Shown here in pieces: positions 21,901 through 31,472 of a stretch of DNA of 47,319 bases. Source of the stretch: Rhizaria sp. SCN 62-66 (taxonomy: Eukaryota). The notes under the pieces were generated by a model that did no database searches, had not been told where the DNA came from, and worked only from the letters and a program-made list of their open reading frames with translations. Numbering within the stretch: position 1 is the stretch's first letter; every line of letters begins with the position of its first letter. The position numbers and the translations under genes are program-made. The DNA lies in assembly GCA_001724265.1 (NCBI GenBank), contig MEDY01000241.1, positions 1-47,319 on the forward strand, written 5' to 3'.

Positions 21901-24900
21901 CACCACCACGCTGGCGTTCACAACCTCCGCAGCCAGACGACTAGTCTCGCCGCGGAGCCCCCCGTGGCGGGCGCGCCGTCGGCTCTGATCTCCGACGCGC
22001 TTCGACTCGCTGCCGCGCTGCTCGATCTGGCGCCGCTGGACGCGTTCGCGGCGTGGACGCCGTCCGCCGCGGTGGAGACGCCCGCGCTGGCGCCCGCGCG
22101 CGCGCAGCTGCTGGCCGTCGTCTCCGCGTGCGTGCGCTCGCCGCTGCCCGCGCTCGCCGCCGTGGGCGCGGACGCCTGGCTGGGGCTGCTCGCGTTCGAG
22201 CGCGCGCTCACGCCCGCGGACGCGCATAAGGCGCTTGTGCTGGGCGCGGAGACGCCGCTGCCGTCGCCCTCGGTCGCCATCAACGCGAGCGCCGAGTCGG
22301 ACGCCGAGGACGGCGACGACGGCGCCGTCACCGCGACGCTGCCCAGCGCCGCGGCCACGGAGGTTGCGCTCGCTCTCTGGCGCCTGCTACCGTCCGCGGC
22401 GCCCGCGGCGCTGACGCCCGTGGCCGCCGCCGCCGCCGCCGCCGCGCCGACGGCCCGCTCGCAGATCCCCGTCGTGTCGTCGCTGCTGGCCGCGGGCGAC
22501 GCCGCCTCCGTGGCGACGGCCGCGCTGCCCGCCGCCGACGACGCGGCGGCCGAGCCCCTCGCGCGTCTGCTCGCCGCCGTGGTGGCGGCGTGCCCCGCCG
22601 CGATCACCGCGTGCGTGGCGGCGACTGAGGCCGTGGTGACCGTCGCGCTCGCCAAGAAGGGCGCGCGCCCCACCGCGGACTCGGGCTCCGAGATCGACGA
22701 AGACGACGCGCACACCGTCGCCGACGCCACCGAGAGCGAGAGCGCCGCGCTCGCGGCCGCGAACCCGTCCGTCGTGGCCGCCATTGCCGCCGCGGGCTCG
22801 GCTACCGCAGCGGCGCGCGCGTGCACGCGTCTCTCGGCCTTCTGGTTCGCGCTCTGCTCGCAGGCGCCGCTGCTATCGCTCGCTCTCGACTCCAACGCCA
22901 AAGCCAGCGACGCCAGCTGTGGTATCAGCAGTCCCGCAACGGCTGCGCGCGCGCTGCTGGCCCGCGCCGCGGCGGCGCTGATCGCGCTGCTGGGTTCTCC
23001 GCGCCACGGCCACTGGGTTGGCAGACAGGCCAAGGAGGTCGCGCTGCTCTGGGCGCGTACGGCCGCCGCCGCGCCGGGGCAGCTTCCGCTGCTCGTCGAC
23101 ACGCTGCTAGCGCCGCTTGCCGCCGCCGTTGCAGAGCGCTCCGTGCTGACGGCCGCGCCCGCGCCCGGAGTAGCGAGCTCGCCGCCGATGTCGCCCATCG
23201 CGGCCGCAGTCGCCGCCGCGGCCGCCGTCGCGTCCCCGCGCGGCCGGCTCTCATCCACCGAGCGCGCTGCTACGGCGGCGGCGACGGCTTGGGATGACAG
23301 CAGCAAGGCCGCCAGCGAGCTGGAGCCCGAGCTCGCGGCCGACGCCGTGGCCGTCGAAGACGACTACTACAGCGGGGGTGCGAGACTGCACCAGGAAGAG
23401 GACGACACGGACGACGAGCACCACGACGAGGACAATGACGACGGCGACGACGACAGCAGCGCAGTCGTCGCACCCGAGCCACGGTCGACGAACGTCTCCG
23501 GTGCTGCCGCCGCCGCCGCCGCCGCGCTCGCGAGCGCGGGCGCGTCCGGCTTCGAGGCCGAGCTTCTGGACTCAGCCTCCGCAATGGGCTCGCCCGCAGT
23601 GCCCTCGCCCGCCGCCGCACTCACGCTCACCGCGAACCGCGCGCAGCGCAGCGGCTCTGTGGCGTCGCTGGCGTCGCAAACCCCCCGCTCCCGCGCCGCC
23701 AGCGCCGCGGCCGCGCCCGGTGCCGAAGACGAGGACGAGGTCGGAGCCAGTTTCTGCCTCATCTCTTTCTCGCCCTGCGCCACGCGCCTCGCCGCCCCCG
23801 GCGCCGCTGCGGCCGCCACGTCGCTGCGCGCGCTGTCGGCCATCGCGTACGCGGACTCGGAATTCTTCATCCGGCTCTCCACGGCCGCGCTGTCGTCCCC
23901 GGCCGCCACGCTTGCCGCCGCGTCCGCCGCCTCGGCCTCGGCCGCAAGCACTGCGGCCGCGATCGCCGGCGCGACGTCGTCTGCGGCCGCCGCCGTGGCC
24001 GCACTGTCGGCCGCGCGCCTGCTGCCTTCGTCGCTCGCGCTGCCGGACCCCGTGAACGCGGCGGCCTCCGCGGGCGCCGCCAACAGCACGGCGCGCTTCC
24101 TCCCGCTCGCGGTCGCCGGCGTGGCCCCGGGCTGCGGGCGCGCCGCCGCCGCGCGCGCCGAGTCGCTGTCCGGCGTGCTGACCACGCTGCTCACGCCGCA
24201 CTTCGCGCGCGTAGAGCCAGACTCGCAGCTCGACGCGCTGCTGCTGATTCTGCTCGCGCTCGTGCAAACCTTCCCGCTGCCGCCGCCGCCCGCGCCCGCT
24301 GCGTCGCCGGCCTCCGCTGCGACCGCCGCCGCCGCCGCGGACGCCGCGCTGGCTGCGGGCACGCTCCAGGTCTCTGCCGCGGCCGCGCTGCGCGCCGCGG
24401 TCGCCGCGCTGGCCGCCGCGCCGACCCACCCCGTGATGCGTCTGTTGCGCGTGTCGCCCCCCGCGGCGGCGGCCGCGCTGGACCGACACTTGCTCACGCA
24501 CTCGGCCTTCGCGGCGGCCGCGCGGCGCAACCTCGTGCACGAGCCCTCGTTGGTGCCTTTCCCGACCTTCACGGACGCGGCCGCGGGCGTCGGCGCCGCG
24601 CAGGGCGTGGGCATGACCGCGGCGATGCGTCCCGTGCGCGCGCTCGACGTGCTCGCCCCGCCCGCCGTCGCCGCGCTGCACCTCGCGCTCGTCTTCGCAG
24701 ATTGCGAGCCCGCTCCCGCGAGCTCCACGCTGACTGGCGCCAGAGGCGGCGCGAGCCTGCGCGGCGGTGGGCGCGCGGCGGCGGCGGGGACGACGACGGC
24801 GGGCGCGGACGGCGCCGGCGTGGGCGCTTGGTGGGCGCACGTGACGGCGCTGCAGAACGAACTGCGGCCGCTGGTGCGAATGCTGTGGTCAGTGGGCCAG

Positions 24901-27900
24901 GCCGACGCGTCGCCGCTGTACCACGCGACCATCAGCACCACGGTCGCCGCGGCCAACGCCGCCGCTGCGGCCGCCACGCAACCGCTGCTGCGCGCGATGC
25001 CGTCGACCACGGTCGCTTCGGTTTCACCCAGCACCAGCCCCTCGCTGGGCCCCGCCCCGTCGCCGGCCGCCGCTCCTGGCGCGTTCTCCGCCGCGAATGC
25101 TGCGAACGCTGCGCCGGCCCCAGTGCCTGCCTCGGTGACTGAGTCTCCGCTGGTCTGGGACCTCATTGTGGACGCCGTTACGCGCCCCGCCGCCATGCTC
25201 GCGACTTCCCTGACGCTGGCGGCGGCCGACCCCGCCGCCGCGGCCGCCGCCGAGGCCGCCGCGACCGCGGATGACGCGAGCGCGGGCGCCGAGGCCGGGT
25301 TCCTCGTCCTGCGGCCGCGGCCCAGTCCGGCGACCCCGGCCTCCGGCCCCGCCGCCGCCGCGATGCTCGCCTTCATCTCGGACTGGGCGGGCTTCGCGCT
25401 CTCGGCGCTGCCGCCCGCGCGCCGCGCGCTGCCCTATCTGGCGGCGTCGCTGTCGCTCGCGGCCGCCGGCGTCGTGCAGCACTGGGCACTCGCCGCCGCC
25501 GCGGCCGCGCTGCCGCCGGTCACTGTCGCGGGCCGCCCCGCGGTGACGGCGCTCTTCGCGGGCGGTCTGGAGCGCCTCTGCGCGGGCTCCGCGCGCGGCC
25601 CCGTGCCGGCGCACTCGCCATCGTTCTTCCCGTCGTTTGTCGCCGCGCTCGAGCTGCTCGCCACGACCGCGGGCCCCTCGGCCGCCGCGACGGCCGCGCC
25701 CGCGCTGCCACTGGCCGTGGCGCCCGTGTGCCGCCGCGCCGCGGCCCCGCTGCTCGAGCTGCTGTGCACGGTGTACCGCGCGCTCGCCGTCCCCTGCGGC
25801 GCCGCCGCGCTCGCCGCCGTCCCACGCTCTTTCACCGCCGCGGCGGCCGCGGCAGAGCCCGCGGGCGCGGTGCCCGGCGTGCCCCCGAGCATCCTCTCCG
25901 CCGCCGCCGCCGCTGCGGCCGCGACGGCGCCGCCTGCGGGACTGCATCTCGGTCTCCCGCAGTCTGCGCCGCCGCCCGCGGCGCTGCTCGAGGCCGGGCT
26001 CTGGCCGCAGCTGCCGTCGGCGCTACCCATCGCGCCTGCGACGTACGCCGCGCTCGAGAGCGCCGCCGTCTGCGCGCGCGACCGCGCCGAGCGGCTGTCG
26101 CTGGCCACGCTCGCGGCCTCGGCGGCGGCGAGCATGTTCCCCGAGGCCGCCGCGGCGACCACACAGACGCTGCTGCCCGCGCCGCGCGGGGCGCCCATCT
26201 GGCGCGCGCGCGGAGCACACCGCCGCGAAGAGCCCTTCTCGCTCGCGTCCGCGTCCTTCACCGGCGGCAGCGGCGCGCGGCGCGACTCGATTGCCGCGGG
26301 CTCGGGCGACCTGGCGCTGCCGCTGACGGCCGCGGCGGCGAGCCAGGCGTCCGCGACCCCCGCCAAGGCCGGCAAGGGCGGATTGCTGGGGTGGATGTTC
26401 GGCGGCGCCGCCAAGCCCGCGCCGTCTCGTGCGACGCCCGACCCTGCGCGCGGGCACACCGTGTTTGACCAAACGCGCTACCTGCTCCTCGCCGCGCTGC
26501 CCGCGCTCGTGGACGCCGTCGCCGCGCACCTGGCCGTGCCTGCGCTCGCCGCCGCCGCCGCGCCCGCCGCGGGCTCCCGCGCCGCCGCCACGGCCCCGCG
26601 TGTGCTGCCCACTGGCGCGCTCGCCGAGACAGGCGCAGGCCCGGCGCACGCGCTCTGGCTGCCTGCCGCGCCTGCGGCGGCGGCCGCCGCCGCCGCGCGT
26701 GACGCCGCCGCCGCGCGGCTCGTGCAGCAGATGGGTTTCTCGCTGCTGGTGCCGATCGCGCGCGCGTTCCCGCACCGCTTCGTCGCCGCAGTGCTCGCGG
26801 GCTGGCAGAAGAACCTGCTGCGCCCCCGTCTCGCCACGGTTATCTCACACGCCGACCCAGCCGCGATCCCCGCGTCCGCGTCCGGCTCGGCCTCGCCCTC
26901 CGCGCTCGCGTTCGTTGCGCCCAACGCGCCCGTCGCGGCCGCCGCTGTGGCGCACGGCGCGTCGGGACTGCCGTCGCTGGGCGCGTGCGTGCTGCTTGAC
27001 TTGCTGGCGCCCGCGCTACCGCCCGCGGCCGTGCTGATCTCGGCCGTGCAGCACGCCATGCACACGCTCACTGACGCTGCGTACGTCCGCAGAGTGCTCG
27101 CCGTCTCCGCCGCGGCCGCCGCGGCCGCCGCCAGCAAGGAGGCCGTGAACGCCGGTGCCGCGATTGCGCCTGCCGTGCTGTCTGCCGCCGCGGCCGCTTC
27201 CTCGGCCGCCGCGACCGTGCCGGCGCCCTCGCTCTCCGGCGGCGCGGCCCTGCTGGCGCTGCCCGTCGTGCTTCCGCGGTCGGACGAAGTCGCTGTGATG
27301 GACTTCCTGGGCACGTTCTTGCGCACTGCGCGCGAGCCCGCGGGCGGCGAGACGGCCCCGCATAAGTACACCGTGTTCCGCTGCCTCGAAGACCTGGCCG
27401 CGGCCGCCGCGCCCGCGCCTGCGCCGGCCTTTGCGCCGCTGCAGGTCGCCGCGCTCGTGCCGCAGGGTGACGCGTCCGCGGGCCACGGCTTTGGCACGCG
27501 TCTGCTGCCGCTGTCAGCGTCAGCCGCCGCGCCGCTGCTGTCGCTCGAGCCGCCCAGCTCGGCACGCGGCCCGCTCGCCGCCGCCGCCGCGCTCGCCGCC
27601 GCGGGCTCCACCTCGGCGGGCATGACCACGAGTCTCGCCTTTGCCGCACGCGGGCTCTCCGGCGCCGCGACGTCCGCCGCCGTCGCGACCACGGCCACTG
27701 CGCTGGCCACCGCGGCGGCCGACACGATCGCCGTTGCCACCGCGGCCGCCGGTCTGGGCACGCGCGCGCCGTTCCTGTGCCCCGACCGCAGCGTGCTCGT
27801 CGAGACGTGGTTCGACACCGCCGCCGCGGCCGCTGCGGGCGCGTGCGCGCTGCTGCCGCCCTTTGTGGTCGACGTTGACGCGGCCTCGATGCCCGGCGCG

Positions 27901-30900
27901 GGCCCAGTCGTTGCGCGCGCCGTGCCCGCGCTGCCCACCGCCCCCGCGCCGACCCCGCTCGCGCCCGCGGCCGCCGCCGCTAACGCCGGCTCCTCACCCG
28001 CCGCGCCCGCGGCCGGTGGCGCGCTATCGGTGCTCGCCAACGCCGGCTTCACGTCTCCGCGCGCACGCAGGCAGTTGTTCCTCGCGCTGCCCGCGCTGCT
28101 CGCGTGCGCGCGCCAGGCGGCCACGACGGCCCCCGTCGGCGCCGCGGCCGCCTCGAGCGCGGGCTCCGGCGGCGGCTCGCACCCGCTGGCCGCCGTGTGG
28201 GCGCTGAGCATTGTCGACACGGTCGTGCTCAAGCTCACGCGTACTGTCGCCGCCACCGCCGCCACGGCCACGCCCCGCGTCGGCGCGGCCCGCCGCAGCA
28301 GCAACAACGCCAGCGGGCGCGCCCTGGTTCGCGCACCGAGCCGGTTCCTGCATGCTCTGCACCCGCGTTTGGCGTCGATCCTGCCTCACGCGCCGTCGCA
28401 CGCGTCTGCGCTGGCCGCGGCCGCGACGCCGCTGACGGAGGGCGCCGCAGGCGAGGTCTTCGTGCTGCCAGTGCCCGACCAGGCCGCGCTGTACACCACC
28501 GCGCAGCTCGTCATTGCTTCAGTAGCGACGCTCGTGACGGACGCTGCGGACTCGTGCTTCCCCGTCTTCTTCCGCTCGCACTTTGCGTACTCGCTTGCCA
28601 CCACCAGCACCGACACAGCCGCCGCCGCGATCATCCTGCCCTGCGCCGCGCCGCTCGCCGTGTCAGCCGCCGCGCTCGCATCGCAGACGTGGGTGCTGGT
28701 GCCCGCCGCGCCCGCCGTGCCGCTGCCCGCCGCCGCCACAGCCGCCGCGCACGGCCCCGCGTGCACGGCCGACGGCGCGCCACCGACGCTCGACGTCATC
28801 GCGCCCGCTGCACCCTGGGCGCTCGCGCGCGGAGACCCGTACAACGACGACCGCAACGCGTTCCTCGCCGCGACCGCGCTGCCGCCGCTGCCCGCCGCGG
28901 GCGCCGCGGGGGGCGCACTCTCGCTGTCCACGCCTGCGGCCGTCAGCGGCTCCGGGCCTCTGGTGCGCGTGTCGGTGCTGGCGCTGCGTGCGCTTGCGGC
29001 GACGCTGCCCGGTCTGGCTGAGCGCGCGTCGCTGCCGCAGGCCAACGCCGCGGCGATGGCCGCCGCTGTCGCGCGCGCGCCCGCGATGCTCGCACACTCC
29101 CCAACCGCGCGCGCCCCCGCTGGCGCGCACGTGAACGCGGCGCAGCACAACATCAGCGTGTTTGCGCTCACGTGGCGGCTCTCCGCGGCCACCGCGGCCG
29201 CGGCCGCCGTTGCCGCGGCGACGGGCGCGACGGGCGTCGTCAGCGGCAGCTCGCTCGTGGTGGGCCCGCCGCCCGCGACACCCGGCAGCGTGACTGAGCT
29301 CGACCGCACGCGCACGGCGACGCTGCTGCAGCCGGGTCTGACGGCCGCGCTCACGGTCGCTGCGGCAGCGGCGCACGCGGCCTCGGTCGCCGCCGACGCC
29401 GCGGCCGCCGCTAACACGGCCGCCGTGCTGAGCGGTAGCGCGCAGGTCATCGCCCCCAGCACCGCGTCGCGCGCGGCCGGCGGCGCGGTGACTGCGTTTG
29501 AGGGCGCACCGCTGCTGAGCGCGACGCTTGACGACCACAGCGCTGCGGCCGCGGCGCTGCTGTCGGCGATGACGGCCGCGCCGCTGCGCTACGCCGCGAA
29601 GCTGTGGCGGCGCGAAGCATGGGAGCACTTCACCTCGCCGGCTTTCTTCGCGTCCCCAGTGGCTGCGCTGGTACAGTGGCGGCCCGTCATCGCGCGGCTC
29701 ATTGACCGCGACTTGGACCGCGACAAGCGTCTCTTCTTCGAGGTGCTCGACCGCTGCTCGTCGCGCGCCACGTGGGGCTTTGTCTCGCGCGATGCCGAGC
29801 TGCTCTCCCGCGCGCGCAACCTGCGCCGCGTGGCGTTCATTGTGCTTTCTGGCCGCTTCAACGAGCACGTGCGCCGTCTGCCCGCCATCGCCGACAAGGT
29901 CATGGAGGCGCTGCGTGTCCCGCGCGAGTCCGCGCCCGCCGTCACGCAGCTGCACACGGCGGCGCTGCTGCTCACGCGTGCGGCCATGTGTTCCGTCGCG
30001 CCCTCGCACCTCGCCTCGTGGTGGCCCGCCGTGATCACCGAGATTGTTGGCGTGTTGCAGGCCGCCACGCCGCGTGCGTTTGACTACGCCGCCGCCGCGG
30101 CCACGGGCTCGGCCGCGCACGCTGCCGCTTCGAGTGGTGCGGCGGGCGCGGCCCCCGCGGGTGACGCCGCCGCCGCTGCCGCCGCCGCGGGCGCTGTCGG
30201 CGGCAACGGCACCGCGGGCGGTAGTTTCCGCGTTGCGCACCACCCGCACTTCCTTGCGCTGCTGCTTGAGGCGTGCAAGGTCGTCGACTTTGCGCAGCTG
30301 CTCGTGCCTTCGGTGTTCCACGCCTACTCCTGGGCCTTCGCGCACGACACGTTCGCCACGCTCGCCGAGGACGCCGTCGCGCGCGCCGGCCCAGCACGCC
30401 GCGGCTCCAGCACCGCCGTTGTCGCCGCCAACGAGAACGCCGCGGCTGAGAGCGCGACGACGTCGTTCCACTCTCACTTGAGTGTGCTCGACGTCGTGCG
30501 CGCGCAGCCGGGCGCGGGCCCCGCCGCCAACGCCGCCGCGGCCGCCGCGGCCGCCGTGCGCGGCGCGCGCGCCGTGGCTGCGGCCGCTGGCGAGAGCGCT
30601 CCACACGCGCGCGGATTGCGCCGCCCGTTGATCCAGGCCAGCCGCATCGACTCGATCGCTGACCTGGCGTATTTCTACCACGCCGCGCACTTCATGGCGT
30701 CCGGCGCGGCGCCCGCGGCGGCCCCCGGTGCGCCCATCTGCGTCGGCTTTGCGCCGGCCTTTGAGTCGCTGCCAGGCTTCGACGCCGCGGCCGCCGCAGT
30801 GCTCTCGGGCCGGAGCGCCGCGTCTGCGGGCCGCAGCCGCGCCGAGGCCGCCGCGGGTGCGCTCTGGCAGCACCTGTTCTCCGCGCAGCAGCGCGTGTAC

Positions 30901-31272
30901 TCGGCCGAACGCGTGCGGCGCGCGTGGGACGGCGGCGCGCGCGGCGGCGAGGAGGGGGGCGACGACGACCTCACGGCATCGCTATCTTCCGCCGTCGCGC
31001 CCTCAGCCGCGCTGACCCCCGCGGGCGCGGTTGACTCGCCGAAGAGCGGCGGCGCGCGCGGCGGGGCGGGCGCGGGCGCCCGCGGTGGCGCTGGCGGCCA
31101 CCACCACCACGCCAGCGCCGCAGAGCGCGGCGCCGGCGCAGGCTCCAGCGCGGGCTCCGGTGCAGGTGCGGCTGCGGATGAGGAGAAGGAGGAGTTTATG
31201 GGCATGAATGCTGATCTGGATTACACCCAGTGGCTCTTGCTTCACGACTTCTCTGAGCTTGCGCGCGACTAA
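18940..31272 (+). CDS. DOP1: Dopey/DOP1 family Golgi-endosome trafficking protein, single exon, ~4110 aa
   Basis: Dopey_N motif (LEAALAEFEKAQDWADLLTSLQKL..LAQCLNKGLPSGVHTRTLAIY) and Dopey C-terminal blocks (WRREAWEHF..FF, ELLSRARNLRRVAFIVLSG, LPAIADKVMEAL, HLASWWPAVITEI, LLEACKVVD). First ATG at 18940; stop TAA. Confidence 0.92.
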   Translation: MSHHFVPQNTLMTAELAVLDMVEARSCKEKLYLQYCEELEAALAEFEKAQDWADLLTSLQKLQRVLDSRKFAAYRFLPRSKVVPAAKALAQCLNKGLPSGVHTRTLAIYASLFTKLHPDFFLRDLSLYLAGPLPLLPAGSEAVRLAVLDLVSAHVQPLARRLTPALPGLVAAVLPGLEEHNTELYARTVVVLAALRRAAGDDAYFAAVWRAGLAGHALRLPALMGLALALPKPSTLPPPPFSLADAVAEAQAALPAPAPAPAPAAAAALVAAAAGACEMSPPMQSLVVGALAGAVAERGNVLSRRQALDVVTTYYPLRASRAPAPALAAGLTALAAAPANVEAAAAAAAIAAAATAPSDALRPLSPMAQAALAAAVLPLLVEGDASLSRRVFYWLTASAVPLPDAAVGSAPGAAAAAAAAAVGSPVDGSGAPGVICPFVQDIVINALASAFAPAAAAVTRLPGLAPSAVSAVDSITGAGALPATGAGGAGGAAFADLPLFLAAAGELAPALSRPALMVSALLSRAEVAAAVSAPDSRFAARLTELLFTHALAMNRFVRLCARARAAAEEGGAPAQALQGGASALASSASAAGNAALALTLAPAAAADAAVMTLSDLCTGVDAAFALTLPPLAAAAGAGADNLAPGAAAWVALHTAAAANSAGSNSHTGAARRGNNRSRAGSLTAATPAAATAAFAAADALEEENAAALAPHAAGVAALASAGGAVVLPPAPVATRAAAVEMAALGALKALHRVLAHPACGAAPLWALAAKRLASANAALAAAAAAAAAGAGSGAAELAAAVAAAVSAASDAEFASDFFPVKPEEAPHRIYLAITHGTGAEVGADADADGKTHSEDAATLEVDPARPHLALLALLADQIPLLARAHAFSAAAAALGAMRAALTRLRTARPTAAHAHAGGAAAASNTEAGAGSPVPSLMGTGATNAAGSAAAAAALSSMAGDDLPLRALTMLRALLRPCYDALTVGALTHHHAGVHNLRSQTTSLAAEPPVAGAPSALISDALRLAAALLDLAPLDAFAAWTPSAAVETPALAPARAQLLAVVSACVRSPLPALAAVGADAWLGLLAFERALTPADAHKALVLGAETPLPSPSVAINASAESDAEDGDDGAVTATLPSAAATEVALALWRLLPSAAPAALTPVAAAAAAAAPTARSQIPVVSSLLAAGDAASVATAALPAADDAAAEPLARLLAAVVAACPAAITACVAATEAVVTVALAKKGARPTADSGSEIDEDDAHTVADATESESAALAAANPSVVAAIAAAGSATAAARACTRLSAFWFALCSQAPLLSLALDSNAKASDASCGISSPATAARALLARAAAALIALLGSPRHGHWVGRQAKEVALLWARTAAAAPGQLPLLVDTLLAPLAAAVAERSVLTAAPAPGVASSPPMSPIAAAVAAAAAVASPRGRLSSTERAATAAATAWDDSSKAASELEPELAADAVAVEDDYYSGGARLHQEEDDTDDEHHDEDNDDGDDDSSAVVAPEPRSTNVSGAAAAAAAALASAGASGFEAELLDSASAMGSPAVPSPAAALTLTANRAQRSGSVASLASQTPRSRAASAAAAPGAEDEDEVGASFCLISFSPCATRLAAPGAAAAATSLRALSAIAYADSEFFIRLSTAALSSPAATLAAASAASASAASTAAAIAGATSSAAAAVAALSAARLLPSSLALPDPVNAAASAGAANSTARFLPLAVAGVAPGCGRAAAARAESLSGVLTTLLTPHFARVEPDSQLDALLLILLALVQTFPLPPPPAPAASPASAATAAAAADAALAAGTLQVSAAAALRAAVAALAAAPTHPVMRLLRVSPPAAAAALDRHLLTHSAFAAAARRNLVHEPSLVPFPTFTDAAAGVGAAQGVGMTAAMRPVRALDVLAPPAVAALHLALVFADCEPAPASSTLTGARGGASLRGGGRAAAAGTTTAGADGAGVGAWWAHVTALQNELRPLVRMLWSVGQADASPLYHATISTTVAAANAAAAAATQPLLRAMPSTTVASVSPSTSPSLGPAPSPAAAPGAFSAANAANAAPAPVPASVTESPLVWDLIVDAVTRPAAMLATSLTLAAADPAAAAAAEAAATADDASAGAEAGFLVLRPRPSPATPASGPAAAAMLAFISDWAGFALSALPPARRALPYLAASLSLAAAGVVQHWALAAAAAALPPVTVAGRPAVTALFAGGLERLCAGSARGPVPAHSPSFFPSFVAALELLATTAGPSAAATAAPALPLAVAPVCRRAAAPLLELLCTVYRALAVPCGAAALAAVPRSFTAAAAAAEPAGAVPGVPPSILSAAAAAAAATAPPAGLHLGLPQSAPPPAALLEAGLWPQLPSALPIAPATYAALESAAVCARDRAERLSLATLAASAAASMFPEAAAATTQTLLPAPRGAPIWRARGAHRREEPFSLASASFTGGSGARRDSIAAGSGDLALPLTAAAASQASATPAKAGKGGLLGWMFGGAAKPAPSRATPDPARGHTVFDQTRYLLLAALPALVDAVAAHLAVPALAAAAAPAAGSRAAATAPRVLPTGALAETGAGPAHALWLPAAPAAAAAAAARDAAAARLVQQMGFSLLVPIARAFPHRFVAAVLAGWQKNLLRPRLATVISHADPAAIPASASGSASPSALAFVAPNAPVAAAAVAHGASGLPSLGACVLLDLLAPALPPAAVLISAVQHAMHTLTDAAYVRRVLAVSAAAAAAAASKEAVNAGAAIAPAVLSAAAAASSAAATVPAPSLSGGAALLALPVVLPRSDEVAVMDFLGTFLRTAREPAGGETAPHKYTVFRCLEDLAAAAAPAPAPAFAPLQVAALVPQGDASAGHGFGTRLLPLSASAAAPLLSLEPPSSARGPLAAAAALAAAGSTSAGMTTSLAFAARGLSGAATSAAVATTATALATAAADTIAVATAAAGLGTRAPFLCPDRSVLVETWFDTAAAAAAGACALLPPFVVDVDAASMPGAGPVVARAVPALPTAPAPTPLAPAAAAANAGSSPAAPAAGGALSVLANAGFTSPRARRQLFLALPALLACARQAATTAPVGAAAASSAGSGGGSHPLAAVWALSIVDTVVLKLTRTVAATAATATPRVGAARRSSNNASGRALVRAPSRFLHALHPRLASILPHAPSHASALAAAATPLTEGAAGEVFVLPVPDQAALYTTAQLVIASVATLVTDAADSCFPVFFRSHFAYSLATTSTDTAAAAIILPCAAPLAVSAAALASQTWVLVPAAPAVPLPAAATAAAHGPACTADGAPPTLDVIAPAAPWALARGDPYNDDRNAFLAATALPPLPAAGAAGGALSLSTPAAVSGSGPLVRVSVLALRALAATLPGLAERASLPQANAAAMAAAVARAPAMLAHSPTARAPAGAHVNAAQHNISVFALTWRLSAATAAAAAVAAATGATGVVSGSSLVVGPPPATPGSVTELDRTRTATLLQPGLTAALTVAAAAAHAASVAADAAAAANTAAVLSGSAQVIAPSTASRAAGGAVTAFEGAPLLSATLDDHSAAAAALLSAMTAAPLRYAAKLWRREAWEHFTSPAFFASPVAALVQWRPVIARLIDRDLDRDKRLFFEVLDRCSSRATWGFVSRDAELLSRARNLRRVAFIVLSGRFNEHVRRLPAIADKVMEALRVPRESAPAVTQLHTAALLLTRAAMCSVAPSHLASWWPAVITEIVGVLQAATPRAFDYAAAAATGSAAHAAASSGAAGAAPAGDAAAAAAAAGAVGGNGTAGGSFRVAHHPHFLALLLEACKVVDFAQLLVPSVFHAYSWAFAHDTFATLAEDAVARAGPARRGSSTAVVAANENAAAESATTSFHSHLSVLDVVRAQPGAGPAANAAAAAAAAVRGARAVAAAAGESAPHARGLRRPLIQASRIDSIADLAYFYHAAHFMASGAAPAAAPGAPICVGFAPAFESLPGFDAAAAAVLSGRSAASAGRSRAEAAAGALWQHLFSAQQRVYSAERVRRAWDGGARGGEEGGDDDLTASLSSAVAPSAALTPAGAVDSPKSGGARGGAGAGARGGAGGHHHHASAAERGAGAGSSAGSGAGAAADEEKEEFMGMNADLDYTQWLLLHDFSELARD

Positions 31273-31472
31273 GCTTCATGACCACAATTAGGTTTTGGCT
31301 TTCGCGAGCGAGCAAAGGAGGAGATGAAATCGAACTGTTTTCAATGATAATAGGCGTAAGTGAATAATTTAAAGTGTTTAATAATAATAAATACAGACGG
31401 TGATTATACTTCAAATTTTATCATTGAGGAACGCCTGATCTTTAAGTTGTATTTCCCTCTTGATAGGTCCGA

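Noticed and set aside
1279-30873. Many long antisense and alternate-frame ORFs (e.g. 1279..4338, 11707..13833, 23367..25376, 28663..30873)
   Set aside because: Shadows of GC-rich GCN-dominated coding sequence with few stop codons; low-complexity Arg/Ala/Pro translations with no motifs.
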